Shown here in pieces: positions 1 to 11,500 of a stretch of DNA of 64,000 bases. The notes under the pieces were generated by a model. The model saw nothing but the letters and a program-made list of their open reading frames with translations, had not been told where the DNA came from and searched no databases. How positions within the stretch are numbered: the first letter of the stretch is position 1; each line of letters opens with the position of its first letter. A program made the translations under genes and the position numbers. Source of the stretch: the human T2T-CHM13v2.0 reference genome, Homo sapiens; the NCBI RefSeq assembly GCF_009914755.1, contig NC_060939.1; one strand, given 5' to 3'.

Positions 1-272
<272 letters not shown>

Positions 273-282
273 TATTGCTCCA

Positions 283-715
<433 letters not shown>

Positions 716-1148
716 TATCACTCCTGGTGCAAAGTCAAGAAGGAGGAAGGGGTGAAATCAGAGACACCAGCTGAGAGGAAGGGGCTGCCTAGCGGGGCAG
801 TGAGCTCCCACTGAGGGGTGAATAAGTAGAGGCTGGACGGGCATCTGTCAAGGGGCTGGAAAGACATCCCATGCCCTGGGCAGGGCCTGCGCAGGATGCC
901 ATCTGTCAGTTCTCGTCCACTATAAGGTTCCACAGTGTGCAGACTTTCTTCCTGCTTCCCTGGGAATTACAAGATCCTTGGCCCTGAATGAAGTTCCCAG
1001 ACCAAGGGGGCCACCCAGGAGTCAAAGTGACTCTTAAACAACACTCCCTATCCCCCTTCTTTATTTTCCCTCACAGCAGTTACCAATTTCACATATTTGA
1101 TGTATTTTACTTACTTATCTTGTTTATTATCTATTCCTCCTATGAAAC

Positions 1149-1464
1149 CTGTGTTGTCCGCTATTGTAGCCACTGGCCACATGTTTGATCACTTGAAATG
1201 TTGCTAGTCCCAGTGACGATATGCCATAAGTATAAAATACTTTTGATAAATCTTCAAAATCTGGTTGTGATTTAGTACAAAAAAGTAAAATATCTTAATT
1301 TAAAAATATTACATACATGTTGAGGTGATAATATTATAGATATATTGGTTTAAATAAATGATTTTACAAAAATTAATTCTATTTAATTTTGCTTTTTTAA
1401 TGTGGCTACTAGAAATTTAAAATTAAATACGTCGCTAGCATTATTTTTCTAATGGACAGCATTG
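1149..1464. mobile_element. MER33-like hAT-Charlie DNA transposon
   Basis: CTGTGTTGTCC...GTAGCCACTGGCCACATG...AATGTGGCTACTAGAAATTTAAAATT...TGGACAGCATTG, with terminal inverted ends. Confidence 0.75.
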
Positions 1465-1471
1465 CTCTAGA

Positions 1472-1977
1472 CCAGGGGTTGGCAAACTGTGGGCCAGCTT
1501 CACACAGCAGCCTGTTTTTGTGCAGCCCACAAACTAAGAATAGTTATTACATTCTTCTTTTTTTTTTGGAACAGAGTCTTGCTCTTCTGCCCAGGCTGGA
1601 GTGCAGTGGTAGGATCATGGCTCACTGCAACCTCAGCCTCCTGGGCTCAAACAATCCTCTCACCTCAGCTTCCTGAGTAGCTAGGACTACAGATGCCCAC
1701 CGTCATGCCTGGCTAATTTTTTTTATTTTTAGTAGAGATGGGGCCTCAGTATGTTGCCTAGGCTGGTCTTGAACCCCTGGGCTCAAGCAATTCCCCCGCC
1801 TTGGCCTTTCAAAGTGCTGGGATTACAGGCATGAGCCACCATGCCCAGCTAATTACTACATTCTTAAATGGTCGTAAGAAAATAAACAAAGATAAATATG
1901 CAACCAAGGCAGTATGTAGCCTACAAAGCCTAAAATATTTACTATCCGGCACTTTACAAAAAATATATACCACTTCT
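1472..1977. mobile_element. MER58-like hAT-Charlie element interrupted by an Alu
   Basis: CAGGGGTTGGCAAACT start; CAAAGCCTAAAATATTTACTATC near the end; preceded by a CTCTAGAC hAT-type target. Confidence 0.75.
1556..1849 (-). mobile_element. AluJ-like element
   Basis: Poly-T followed by reverse Alu consensus; near-TSD TTA(T/C)TACATTCTT at ~1543 and ~1853. Confidence 0.92.
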
Positions 1978-2130
1978 ATGTGAGATTACAAGATCGACAA
2001 AGGCAGGAACTTTTGTCATTTTTGTTCTTCAAGATGTCCCCAATGCCTACAGCAGTAAGTGCACTGCTGGGCACACAGTAGGTATTCAATAAACATTCAA
2101 TGAATGAATGAATGAATGAATGAATGAATG
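1978..2130 (+). mobile_element. L2 3' end with (GAAT)n tail
   Basis: GGCACACAGTAGGTATTCAATAAACATTCAATGAATGAATG..., the L2 terminus. Confidence 0.75.
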
Positions 2131-2853
2131 CATTGCCAAACCTTGCATGGCTGCCTTTTGTTCCTGCCCTAGCTGCTGCCTCCCCAGCCGGCCTGGCTGC
2201 TCCCGAGAGCAGAGATGTGCCTTTTCCTGTGAGCCCTGCCACACAGTTGAACATTGGGTAGAGCCCATGGGCCAGGGGCAGAGGCAGGAACACACTCAGG
2301 GCAGCGTGCTGCCTCCTCCCATCCTTCTAGAGGCCAAAGCCACCACAGTCCATTCCTGTTGCCAAGAGCCTTGGGGGTAGGGGAAGTAGACAGGAATTCA
2401 CCACTCCTTAAACCAGAGAAGTCCAGAGTCCTCTGAGGGACAGGGCTCTTGATGTTCAGAGGGAATCAGCCTCGGCCTGGGGAGGCTGGGATTTGGGTGG
2501 TTTATTCTTCAGCATCCACTTCTTCTCCAGGGAGTCTGTCAGTGACAGGAAAAGTGACTCAGAACCCCAGAGCCAGGCCTAGTGGACACTAGGTTCTGCC
2601 TGTCCCATGGAGGGTGCTGTGGCTTTGACGGATTAGAAGTCAGGACTTGGCCATCATGACTACATGCTTTAAAAAATATGAGTTTTCTTTTTTTGTTTTG
2701 GGTTTTTTAAGGCGGTGGGGGGCTACTTTGTGTTTAGGTTTTACATCCTTTGCAATAAAGTTCCACCCATCCAGCTTGTGCAGTGAAAAAGAGGGAAAGG
2801 ACTTCAGTGGCTTTGCCTTGTCTATACATGGGCCAGAGAGAAAAAAGGAAGAG

Positions 2854-3271
<418 letters not shown>

Positions 3272-3901
3272 TCATGTGGGACGCTGTGTGATTTTGTGAG
3301 CAGTGCAGACTTTGCAATCAGACCCCCTCATAAGGGGAGATCACTTAATCTTTTGGGCCTCAGTTTCCTCCTCTGCAGAATGGCTTAGGGTGAGGGTCAG
3401 AAGTAGTGGGTGAGCGAACTGCCTGGCAGATAAAAGACCCTCAAAAATGGCCATTGTCATTGATTATTTAAGAGATAATTCCCTCCCCAGGAACCAGAGA
3501 AGGGAGAGGCCTAGGCAGTTTCTATTTGCTTAGTATGGTCAAGAAGTTCTCTGTGGCCTGGAGAGGACCCAGTGCATCATGTCTTAGCACTTAGGGGTTG
3601 GGCGGTGATGGTTTAGGGGAGGAGGGTCATAGTACCTGCAAGAAAGACAGCAAGAGATTGAGAGAGTGAGCTGTTCTCCAGCCTGAAAGCCTCTGTTCCT
3701 CCCTCCCACCTCCTTTTGTCCTGGCTCAGAGCTCCTGAAATGTGGCAACAAGAGATTGGCAGCTTTCTTGTACTTCTTCCCCTCCCTCCCTCCCTTCCTC
3801 CCTCCAGTTTATTTATTGTTATATGGGCTGTAGTTAAGGAGGAAAAATCTGTAAAAATTAAGTGATTCTAAAGGTGCTGAGCAGGGACAGGGTGGGGGGT
3901 G

Positions 3902-4462
3902 GGGAGGGAGCTGGAGAGGGCTGTGCCCTTCCCTCTTGCTGAAAACCTTTTGGAGAAAGGGTGCCAGAAGGAGCACCTGGAACTACCCCTCATTGCCTGT
4001 TCTGGAAGCCCAGCTAAAGAAAGCGCCTACTGTGCGCCAAGCCCTGGAGTGAGACAGACCAGGGCTCTGGCTTCACGCAGTGGGTGGGCAGCCTGGTGGG
4101 CGAGGCAGACACCAAAATAGGCAAGAGCTCTATTGCAGATGACAGAGGGAAGCAGGATCCCTGCTCCGGACCCCTGTTCTCTTCTTGGCTTGCTGAAGAA
4201 CAAGCTTTCCTGGGCAACTGCTCATGGCGAAACTGGAGATTCTTTCAAATTTGTCCAAAACATAACTTCCCTTATGAGTGGTTCTCTTGGGTGGGAAACA
4301 GACCCCAGGGTGGAGGCAGACCCCAGCGCACAGTAGGCGCTTTCCCCAGCTGGACTTTCAGACCGGGCAATGGAGGGTAGTTCCAGGTGCTCCTTCTGGC
4401 GTCCTTTCTCCAAAGGGTTTTTGGCAAGAAGAAAGCGCACAGACCCCTCCAGCCTCCCTCCC
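3902..4462. repeat. Imperfect inverted repeat, arms ~3902-4037 and ~4326-4462
   Basis: Manual alignment of the left arm with the reverse complement of the right arm gives ~85% identity in the ~115-bp core. It is mirrored in the ORF track (LAENLLEKGCQKEHLELP on +, LAKNPLEKGRQKEHLELP on -). Confidence 0.9.
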
Positions 4463-6669
4463 TGAGCAGACCACCTAAGCCAGGCTGGGGTGGGGACGCG
4501 TCAGGGAAGCCATCCTGGAGGAGGTAACTGTGTCACAGGGGTTTGAAGTCTGCTCAGGAGTTTAGCGGTCTGGGGGCAGGGTGAGGGAGAAAGAAATGAA
4601 TTTCCTGTTAGAGGGAACAATGTGTGTGAGGGCTGGAGACACACTGGCGCCTGGTGCATCCTGCTGGCTGTGTGAGCACATGAATCTGTATGTGGGGCGG
4701 AGGGGCCTAGGGAGATGGAAAGGAGCTGGGTCAGGAGGCCTTGAATGCTGACCTCAGCAGCCTGCAGATGATGAGAAGCCATCTGAGGGGGACATTTATG
4801 CCCTGATTTACAGGGGAGGGCCCTGAGGCTCAGAAAGGTGAAGGCCTTGCCCAAGTTTCCCAGACTGTGGGTTGGGCCTGGAGGACAGGCGCCGACCTCT
4901 GCCTGTCTCTGATACCAGTGTTAATGACTCTAATTCACTTTGGTCCATTAACAAGTCTTTATTGAGCAGAAGCAGGCGCCAGGAGTGCGTGGGTGTGAGG
5001 TGCCATGTGGGCGTCCCAGAGCCCTGCTCCCAGAAAAGATGGCCATCTGAGCCTCCCTGGACAGCCACTGGGAGGCTGAGATACGGCCCCCTGCCCCCAT
5101 CTCCACCCTTGGGCTGAAGTGCTCCCAGATGTCATCCTAGGCTAGTGAAGCCTTCATTCAGGGAGTAAATAGCAGACAAGGAGGTGGGCGGTCACTGCAA
5201 TCGCTTGTGATCTAGCTGCAGCCTGGACCCTCTTGGGGTCCAACCTCGGCCTTTGGGGATGTGGTGCCGGGATGTGCAGCAGGACTGGCCCAGTGGACAC
5301 AAGCATCGCTTCCCACCTGGAGGAAGGGTGCAGGTGTGGCCAGAGAAGGAAAGGAGTTAACCTGGCATCTGGCTACCCCCCTTTTAGCTTCCACTGGAGG
5401 CTGGGATGGGACTGGGGGTGGGTTGCTGGTGAGCTGCTGGTAAGAGGGAAGCCGGAGGCCCAGGAACAGGGCGGACAGTGGGAGTCCTAGAGCACAGGAG
5501 GGCCCCTGTGATGAGGAGGTGCTAGCTGGAAAGTTCCACCTAGCTCAGCTTAGAATAGGAATAACCACGCATATGCACGAGACCTCATGACTGTGCATGC
5601 TAGGAAGAAGCCCAGAGGCTCCACGGGGCTGGCTCAACTATGCTTGGGACAAGACAGGGTCCCCAGCCCTACCACCCCTGTGGCCCTAGAACCCTGGCTT
5701 ATACAGCTGACAGCTGTTGAAGGAGCAGGAACCCCAGTTCCTGCCTTGGTTCTGCTCCTGTCTCTGCTGTAACTCTGAGCAAATCACTGGCCTGCATTAG
5801 GCCTCTACTTTCTCATCTGTACAATGGTGATAAATCGCTGCCTAAACTGCCTCCAGGGGTTGTGCTGAAGGTCAAAGCCAGGCAACAATCATTACTTGGA
5901 TTGGATTCCCCTGGAAAGTTTAAGGGGCTTTAAGAGGCAGGGGTTGCCCAGGTTCCCAAAGAAGCATTCCTACAACATGAACCCTTTTCACAGATGCAAA
6001 AACTACGGCCCAGAAAGGTGGAGATGCTTGATCAAGGTCACACTAGTGGATTGTAAGCCTGTGGCCTGGTCCTTGCCCTAGTTGACGTTAGTACCCTGGA
6101 CAGGACCGCTTCTCCCCAGCCTGGTACCTATGTCATTCCCATCCCTTCGCCAGGGCTTTTCTGAGCCATTTGTTTTTATGTCTGTACATCGGGCGGCCCG
6201 CGAGCAAGGCTGGCGTCGGCCTGTGAGTATAAAAGTGACAAGAGGTGCTGGCGGAGTGTGGAAACTGTCAGCAGAACAGCCGCCTGTGAAATTAACATGA
6301 TATTGAAAGCGTCAATGTTTATTTACTGGAAGTATCTGGACAGGATGCAAAGCAGGCCTGCAGCTGCTGCCTAGGGGCTGAGGGTGAGGGTCACCCCTGC
6401 CCATCCCTCCTCGCCAGCCACTAGGCACTGCTGGCAGAACCAGCTGACCCCCTGGCTGAGACCCCCACCCTCTTCTTGACTTGCTGAAGAACAAGCTCTC
6501 ATGGAGGAAGTGGGGCTTCATTGAAATCTGTCCAAAGTAACGTCCCTCATGTCCCAGAGTTCCAGCGATGGTGTCCAGGAGCTAGTGAATAAGGTGGAGC
6601 CTTTCTGAGGCCCATAGTCTCTGGCGCCTCCAGGGTAGAAGTCACTACCCCCAGAGTTTGCTATGCTAG

Positions 6670-7100
6670 TCATTGCTTCCTTCTCCCCAGCCAGGAAGGC
6701 AGCTAGTTCTCCACGGCAGCCCTCCCCCAGTCCCAGCTGATTGGGCCGGGCTGAGGCCACTTGACTCAACTCAGCCAATCAGAGTGCGTCTCATGGGAAT
6801 TTGAAATCAGGGCACAGAGATTAGGTTAGCTGCAGGGAGCTGAAACACAAGGTGTGTTGGCTCCCGGCAGGGGCTGCCATTTTGGGGTAGTCAAGCTCAG
6901 CTAAGCTCAAGTTGATAAATGAAGGAGAAGAGGGGACAAGAAGGAGAAGGGAACAGACATTCAGAGGGAAGAGAGAGGAGAGACTCTGCAGCTCCAGGTG
7001 GAGATAGACACAGATAGGTGGTTTTCAGTTTGGGAGAGGGAGGCCTGGGCAGTTCATTCTGCAACTGTGCTTCCTAAAATTTCTCTGTAACCTTATATTC
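6670..7100 (+). mobile_element. Degraded ERVL LTR (LTR16/LTR33-like)
   Basis: GATTGG...CCACTTGACTCAACTCAGCCAATCAGAGT...TGGGAATTTGAAAT motif series. Confidence 0.45.
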
Positions 7101-8229
7101 AAAGGGCACTTTGTTTGAGAAGGACAGAAATCCACTGAAACTGGCCTTAAGACAGAGACTGACACCAGGACTGAGGTGACCAGAAATAGACCCTCAGATA
7201 AGATGTAGAGTTAGCTGGGAAAGAATGAAGGGGGGAGTCTGTGATCCGTGGTATGTGATAGCAAAGCCGCTAATTATGCCGTGCCCCATAGGTGTTGGGT
7301 CCTAGACCTCGGGACCTGCTGGAAGCCAGACTCAGGGGACCACAGAGAAAAGCAGAATCAGCGACTCCCCCTAGCCTAGCTCTGCCCCTCCTCACATCCT
7401 CTGTGACCTGCAGACTTGGCTCTCGGTAGCCCCCAGGCTCACCTTTCCCAGCCCCGCTGCAGAGAAAAACTCATAGTGACATGCTCCGGTTCCAAGTTCA
7501 ACTATCCTAGGGAAGGGCTCTGTTTAGCAGCACTTGAGGCAGGTGCCAATTCCTTGTCCACGCATAGCAACAAGGAGATGTGGGTGTGATTGACCCAGCT
7601 TGGGTCAGGTTCCCTCCCCTAGACCAGGCCATGTCCAGGGTAGTGGGTTTCATAAGAAGACAGCAGTTTCTATTCATGTTGTATGATTTGGGGTGGCAGG
7701 GCAAGGAACACCTCACATAAACAGGGGCCCTTCTGTGCAGACACACACAAAAACGTCCACTCTTCTTTGGCACAGACATCTGGGGAGGTCAGGCCTGCTC
7801 CTACCACCTATTGCTCTCAGAAAAAGCGGAGGGGCCTGGTTGGCCTCTGTTGATGACAATTGTGTAGTGTTGGCTAAAAACTTAGCATCCTCCCTGTTCG
7901 GCTACCCAGAAGTTTTCATTGCACTTGGGCTGACTTCCTCCCATGATCTTATGGCAGGTGTGTTGATAGGTAAAGCTACCACTTAGCCCAGTGTTCCCCA
8001 GCTTACTTGGTGACAAGACTCACCAGGGGTCCTTCTCAGACATTTTGATTCACAAGAGCTGGACTACGTCTAGGAATCAGAATTCTGACTTTATCTTCGC
8101 TTGTGACTGGCCAGGAAACCCTGATTTAGGCCATGGAGGGTAAACCTCTCACCTGGCCTGAAATAAGACCAAACTAGAGGAATGAATGCCATTTGGGGCA
8201 TGGACTCAGTTACCAGGAGGTCTTTAAAG

Positions 8230-8403
8230 CAGTGGTCTGTACCCTGGCGGCTGCACCATAGAATCACCCGGGGAGATCTTGAAACGCTTATTACCCAGGC
8301 AGCACCCTGCACCAATGAAATCAGAATCTTCGGGAGTTAGATATCCGTATGTTTTAAAGCTCCCCTGGTGATTACAACATTCAGCCAGGATTGAGGACCA
8401 CTG
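8230..8403. mobile_element. MER5A-like DNA transposon
   Basis: CAGTGGTC...AGAATCACCCGGGGAG...AATCAGAATCT...AAGCTCCCCTGGTGATT...TTGAGGACCACTG with terminal inverted repeats. Confidence 0.75.
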
Positions 8404-8499
8404 GTTTAGGGAAAGCCATCATTTTCACTCTACCCACACTCCTACTGCAAGATCCGGCCTCTCCCACAACATGGAAAAGATGGCTTTCCTGACCTTCTG

Positions 8500-8830
8500 G
8501 TCCTGCTTCAGCTAATTGGACCAAGGGTGGACACCCGACCTAATCCTGGCCCATTGTAGTTTCTCTTGGGAATTTGGAATTGAACACAGAGGCTAAGTTG
8601 CTCCAGGGAGCTGAGGCTGTCATCTTAGGGTAACTGTGCTCAGTTAGACACCTTGGGCAGAAGAGGAAGCCACTCCTTCTGCAGAGAGGGACAGGTGACC
8701 TGAGCCGATGTGCAGCCAGAAGCTGAGCCAAGGGGAGAGAGAGGGAGTGCATCCCCAACCCCCAGGCTGGTCTGGGCTTCCCTGAGACTCTATCCTTACA
8801 GAAACCTCCCTGTTAGAGGATGTCTTCAAA
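8500..8830 (+). mobile_element. Degraded ERVL LTR (LTR16/LTR33-like)
   Basis: CTAATTGGACCAAGGGTGGACACCCGACC...TTGGGAATTTGGAATTG motif series. Confidence 0.4.
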
Positions 8831-9479
8831 CACTGTTCCTTGCAGCCAAATAGTTTTGGATACAGAACACTGAAAGCTAAAACTTGTCCCAGCCCAGAGC
8901 CCCACACTGCATTCCCTGGAGGGCCCAGCACAGGGCAGCAGCTGGCACCTATTGGGAACATCCACAAGTCAGGTGCTTTCCATGGGCATTGTGTACAAGT
9001 TTCCCAACAACGCTGTAAGGTGGGAATGATTGTCCCCTTTTGTAGAGAAGTGTGGTAACGTGCCCCGGGGTATCTGGCTGGTTAGTGCAGAGCAGAGACA
9101 TAAACCTGGGTATGCCAAATCACTTCCAATGGATCTCACTGGAAACCAATTATGCAAAACAGAGTAGAGTGGAGGTCCTGCTGCAGTAAGGGAGTAGGGG
9201 GCTGCTGCTTGCCTGTCCCCAGAGTGGGGACCAGGTGTGAGAGGAAGGCAGGGCTGCCCATTGAGGACAGCTCCACTTGGGCCCAGGCCCTGAGAGATGC
9301 TGCTGAAGAGGCAGGGCCCACAGTCCACACACACGGCGTGCTTGGAAGCTGAGACAGGGAGCTATGATTACTCACATTGTTACTGTCGCTGTCATCCAGG
9401 CTAAAGAGCATTTGGTGAACCACAGGGCCTGCTCCTCTGCCATCCGGCATGGTTTCTCATAATGCCAGGGACTGGTATC

Positions 9480-9650
9480 CCTGATCACAATTTTCAAATG
9501 TGTATTGTTTGAGTGATCCCCTCTTTGGAATCTGTCTCCCTCTCAGACTGTGAGCTCCCTGAGGGCAGGAGCTTTGCCTACCTTGTTCCTCATAATATTC
9601 CCATGCCTAGCCAGTGACTAATGAAAGTAGGTGTTCAATGAATAAGTGGG
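9480..9650 (+). mobile_element. L2 3' fragment
   Basis: AGACTGTGAGCTCCCTGAGGGCAGG...TAGGTGTTCAATGAAT. Confidence 0.65.
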
Positions 9651-10384
9651 AAGGAGGAAGGGAGACAGTGTTCCAGAGCAAGAATCATTACATCATCTTA
9701 TAGATGGGGAAGGGAAAACTCAGGGAGGGGAAACTGATGGGGGTCACAGAGAATGACAGCTGATCTGTGCTAGAACCTGGCCCAGAGTCAGGAGAAAGGA
9801 ACCAGAGAGAAAAGTAGGAGTGAGATTCTAAGATGGGTGAGGTATAAGCAATCTGGGATAAATGTATAGATACAGACTGGGTGTGGAATGAAGGAGCGGT
9901 GAGGACACCCTCAGCAAAGCCCCTTCCTGCAGCTGAGACCACACTCTGGTGAGGAACAGCCTCCCATTCCAGTGGGAGCAGGAGGAATGAACAGTGATGG
10001 CTCTCTCTGAGGCCCGTAGCGGCAGTACATGGGCCACGAGCTGGAGATTGCAAAAGGCCTGCAGGGTCTCAGCACAGGGCCTGTTAGAAATCATGCTTGC
10101 CCATAATATTCCTACAGAGAGAGACAGATAAGCTTGTCCATCCAGTGTGGTCAAAGACAGTTATGACTGGTGGTCACCACAGACTCTAACTTTCTACCCC
10201 AATGAGACAAGTCTCCCTTTTGGACAGGGCACCTGGTGTTGGAATGGGTCTGGCTGTGTGGCAAGGACATGCCCTGCTTGCCCTTCACCGTGAGTCACCT
10301 GGTCTAGGGGCCCACGACCGTTCTGAATGTTCTGAATGAAGTCTGGGGACTGGAAGCTGAGTGAGGAATTCCCCGGAATAATAA

Positions 10385-10580
10385 CAGTAGAAGCCAACAT
10401 TTATTGGTCACTTGCTCTGCACCAGACACTGCGATGAGTGCTTTGCGGGAACGATCTCACTTACTCCTTACATGTTACGTGGGCAACTTGCCCAAAGTTA
10501 CACAGCTGGTAGGTTGCAGAGCCAGGATTTGGACCCAGGTCATCTGGCTCCAGACCCCATGCTGTTAAAGCCGTGCACTT
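10385..10580 (-). mobile_element. MIR
   Basis: AACATTTATTG...AACTTGCCCAAAGTTACACAGCTGGTAGG...CAGAGCCAGGATTTG, reverse MIR core. Confidence 0.7.
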
Positions 10581-10703
10581 AGCTGCTTTGACCAGCCTCC
10601 GCCTCAACATATGCCTTGTGTTTCAACATGATCAAAAACTCAAGGACTGGTAGTGCCTAGTCCCCATTTACACAGGCCCTAAACCAGGGGACTGATTTTG
10701 AAT

Positions 10704-10792
10704 ATGTGTGTGTGTGTGTGTGTGTGTCCTATGCCATGAGCTGCAGTTTGCCAGAAAAAAAGTGAGCGTGTGTGTATGTGTGCGCGTGTGTG
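10704..10792. repeat. (TG)n microsatellite plus an imperfect TG/CG tract
   Basis: Directly visible. Confidence 0.9.
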
Positions 10793-11149
10793 AGATGGGG
10801 GAGAAAGGGTAGGGAACTTTCCGAGCAGAGGGAGGAACACATGGTGAGGCCTGGAGGGAAAGGAGCTTGGGCATCTGGGGAAGAGAAAGGAGGTCAATGT
10901 AATCTCTTCAGAATCCTGCGAAGGTGACAGGATTGAGTCACAGAGGCTTCCTGGAGGCTGAGCCAGGTCCCCTGGCAGCCACACAGTTCACCTCTGGCCA
11001 GGATGCGCACCTGTCCCCGGCCCATCCACAGGGAAGGGCATCTCTGGGATTCATTTTGGGCTCATTATCAGGCGCCTCTGAGGTACCCCTGCCACTCCTG
11101 CCCTCAGCCTAGCCCCATTCTAACCCTTTGAGAATGAGGGTCGAGGGCA

Positions 11150-11335
11150 CAAGGGTCGCGAGTGGTGCGGGAGGTGGGACAGGGGTCCTGTGGCCACGCC
11201 CCTCCCTGGCCCCTCCCATCTCGTAGCCTGGCAGCTCCAGCTGGTCGCCTAGGAGACAGTGCCCGGCGCGCTCTCATTGGCCAGCCGAGGCTCCGAGGGC
11301 AGGAGCGAGGCTTCCGGGGGCTGCCCCCCTGCAAG

Positions 11336-11383
<48 letters not shown>

Positions 11384-11500
11384 TGTTTGAGGGGGAGGTG
11401 AGCACTGAGCCCAGGGGCCAGCCTGGCCGCGCTGTGATTCCAGGAAGGAGAGAGGCCGCGGCATGGAGACGGGCATGCGAGCGTGTCTGCGCCTCTGTGT
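11150..11500. promoter_or_regulatory. Small CpG-rich element with SP/KLF and NF-Y motifs
   Basis: GCCACGCCCCTCCC at ~11193, reverse CCAAT box GGCCAATGAG at ~11273-11282, local CpG enrichment, adjacent (GT)n. Confidence 0.45.
11339..11382. repeat. (GT)~22 microsatellite
   Basis: Directly visible. Confidence 0.97.
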
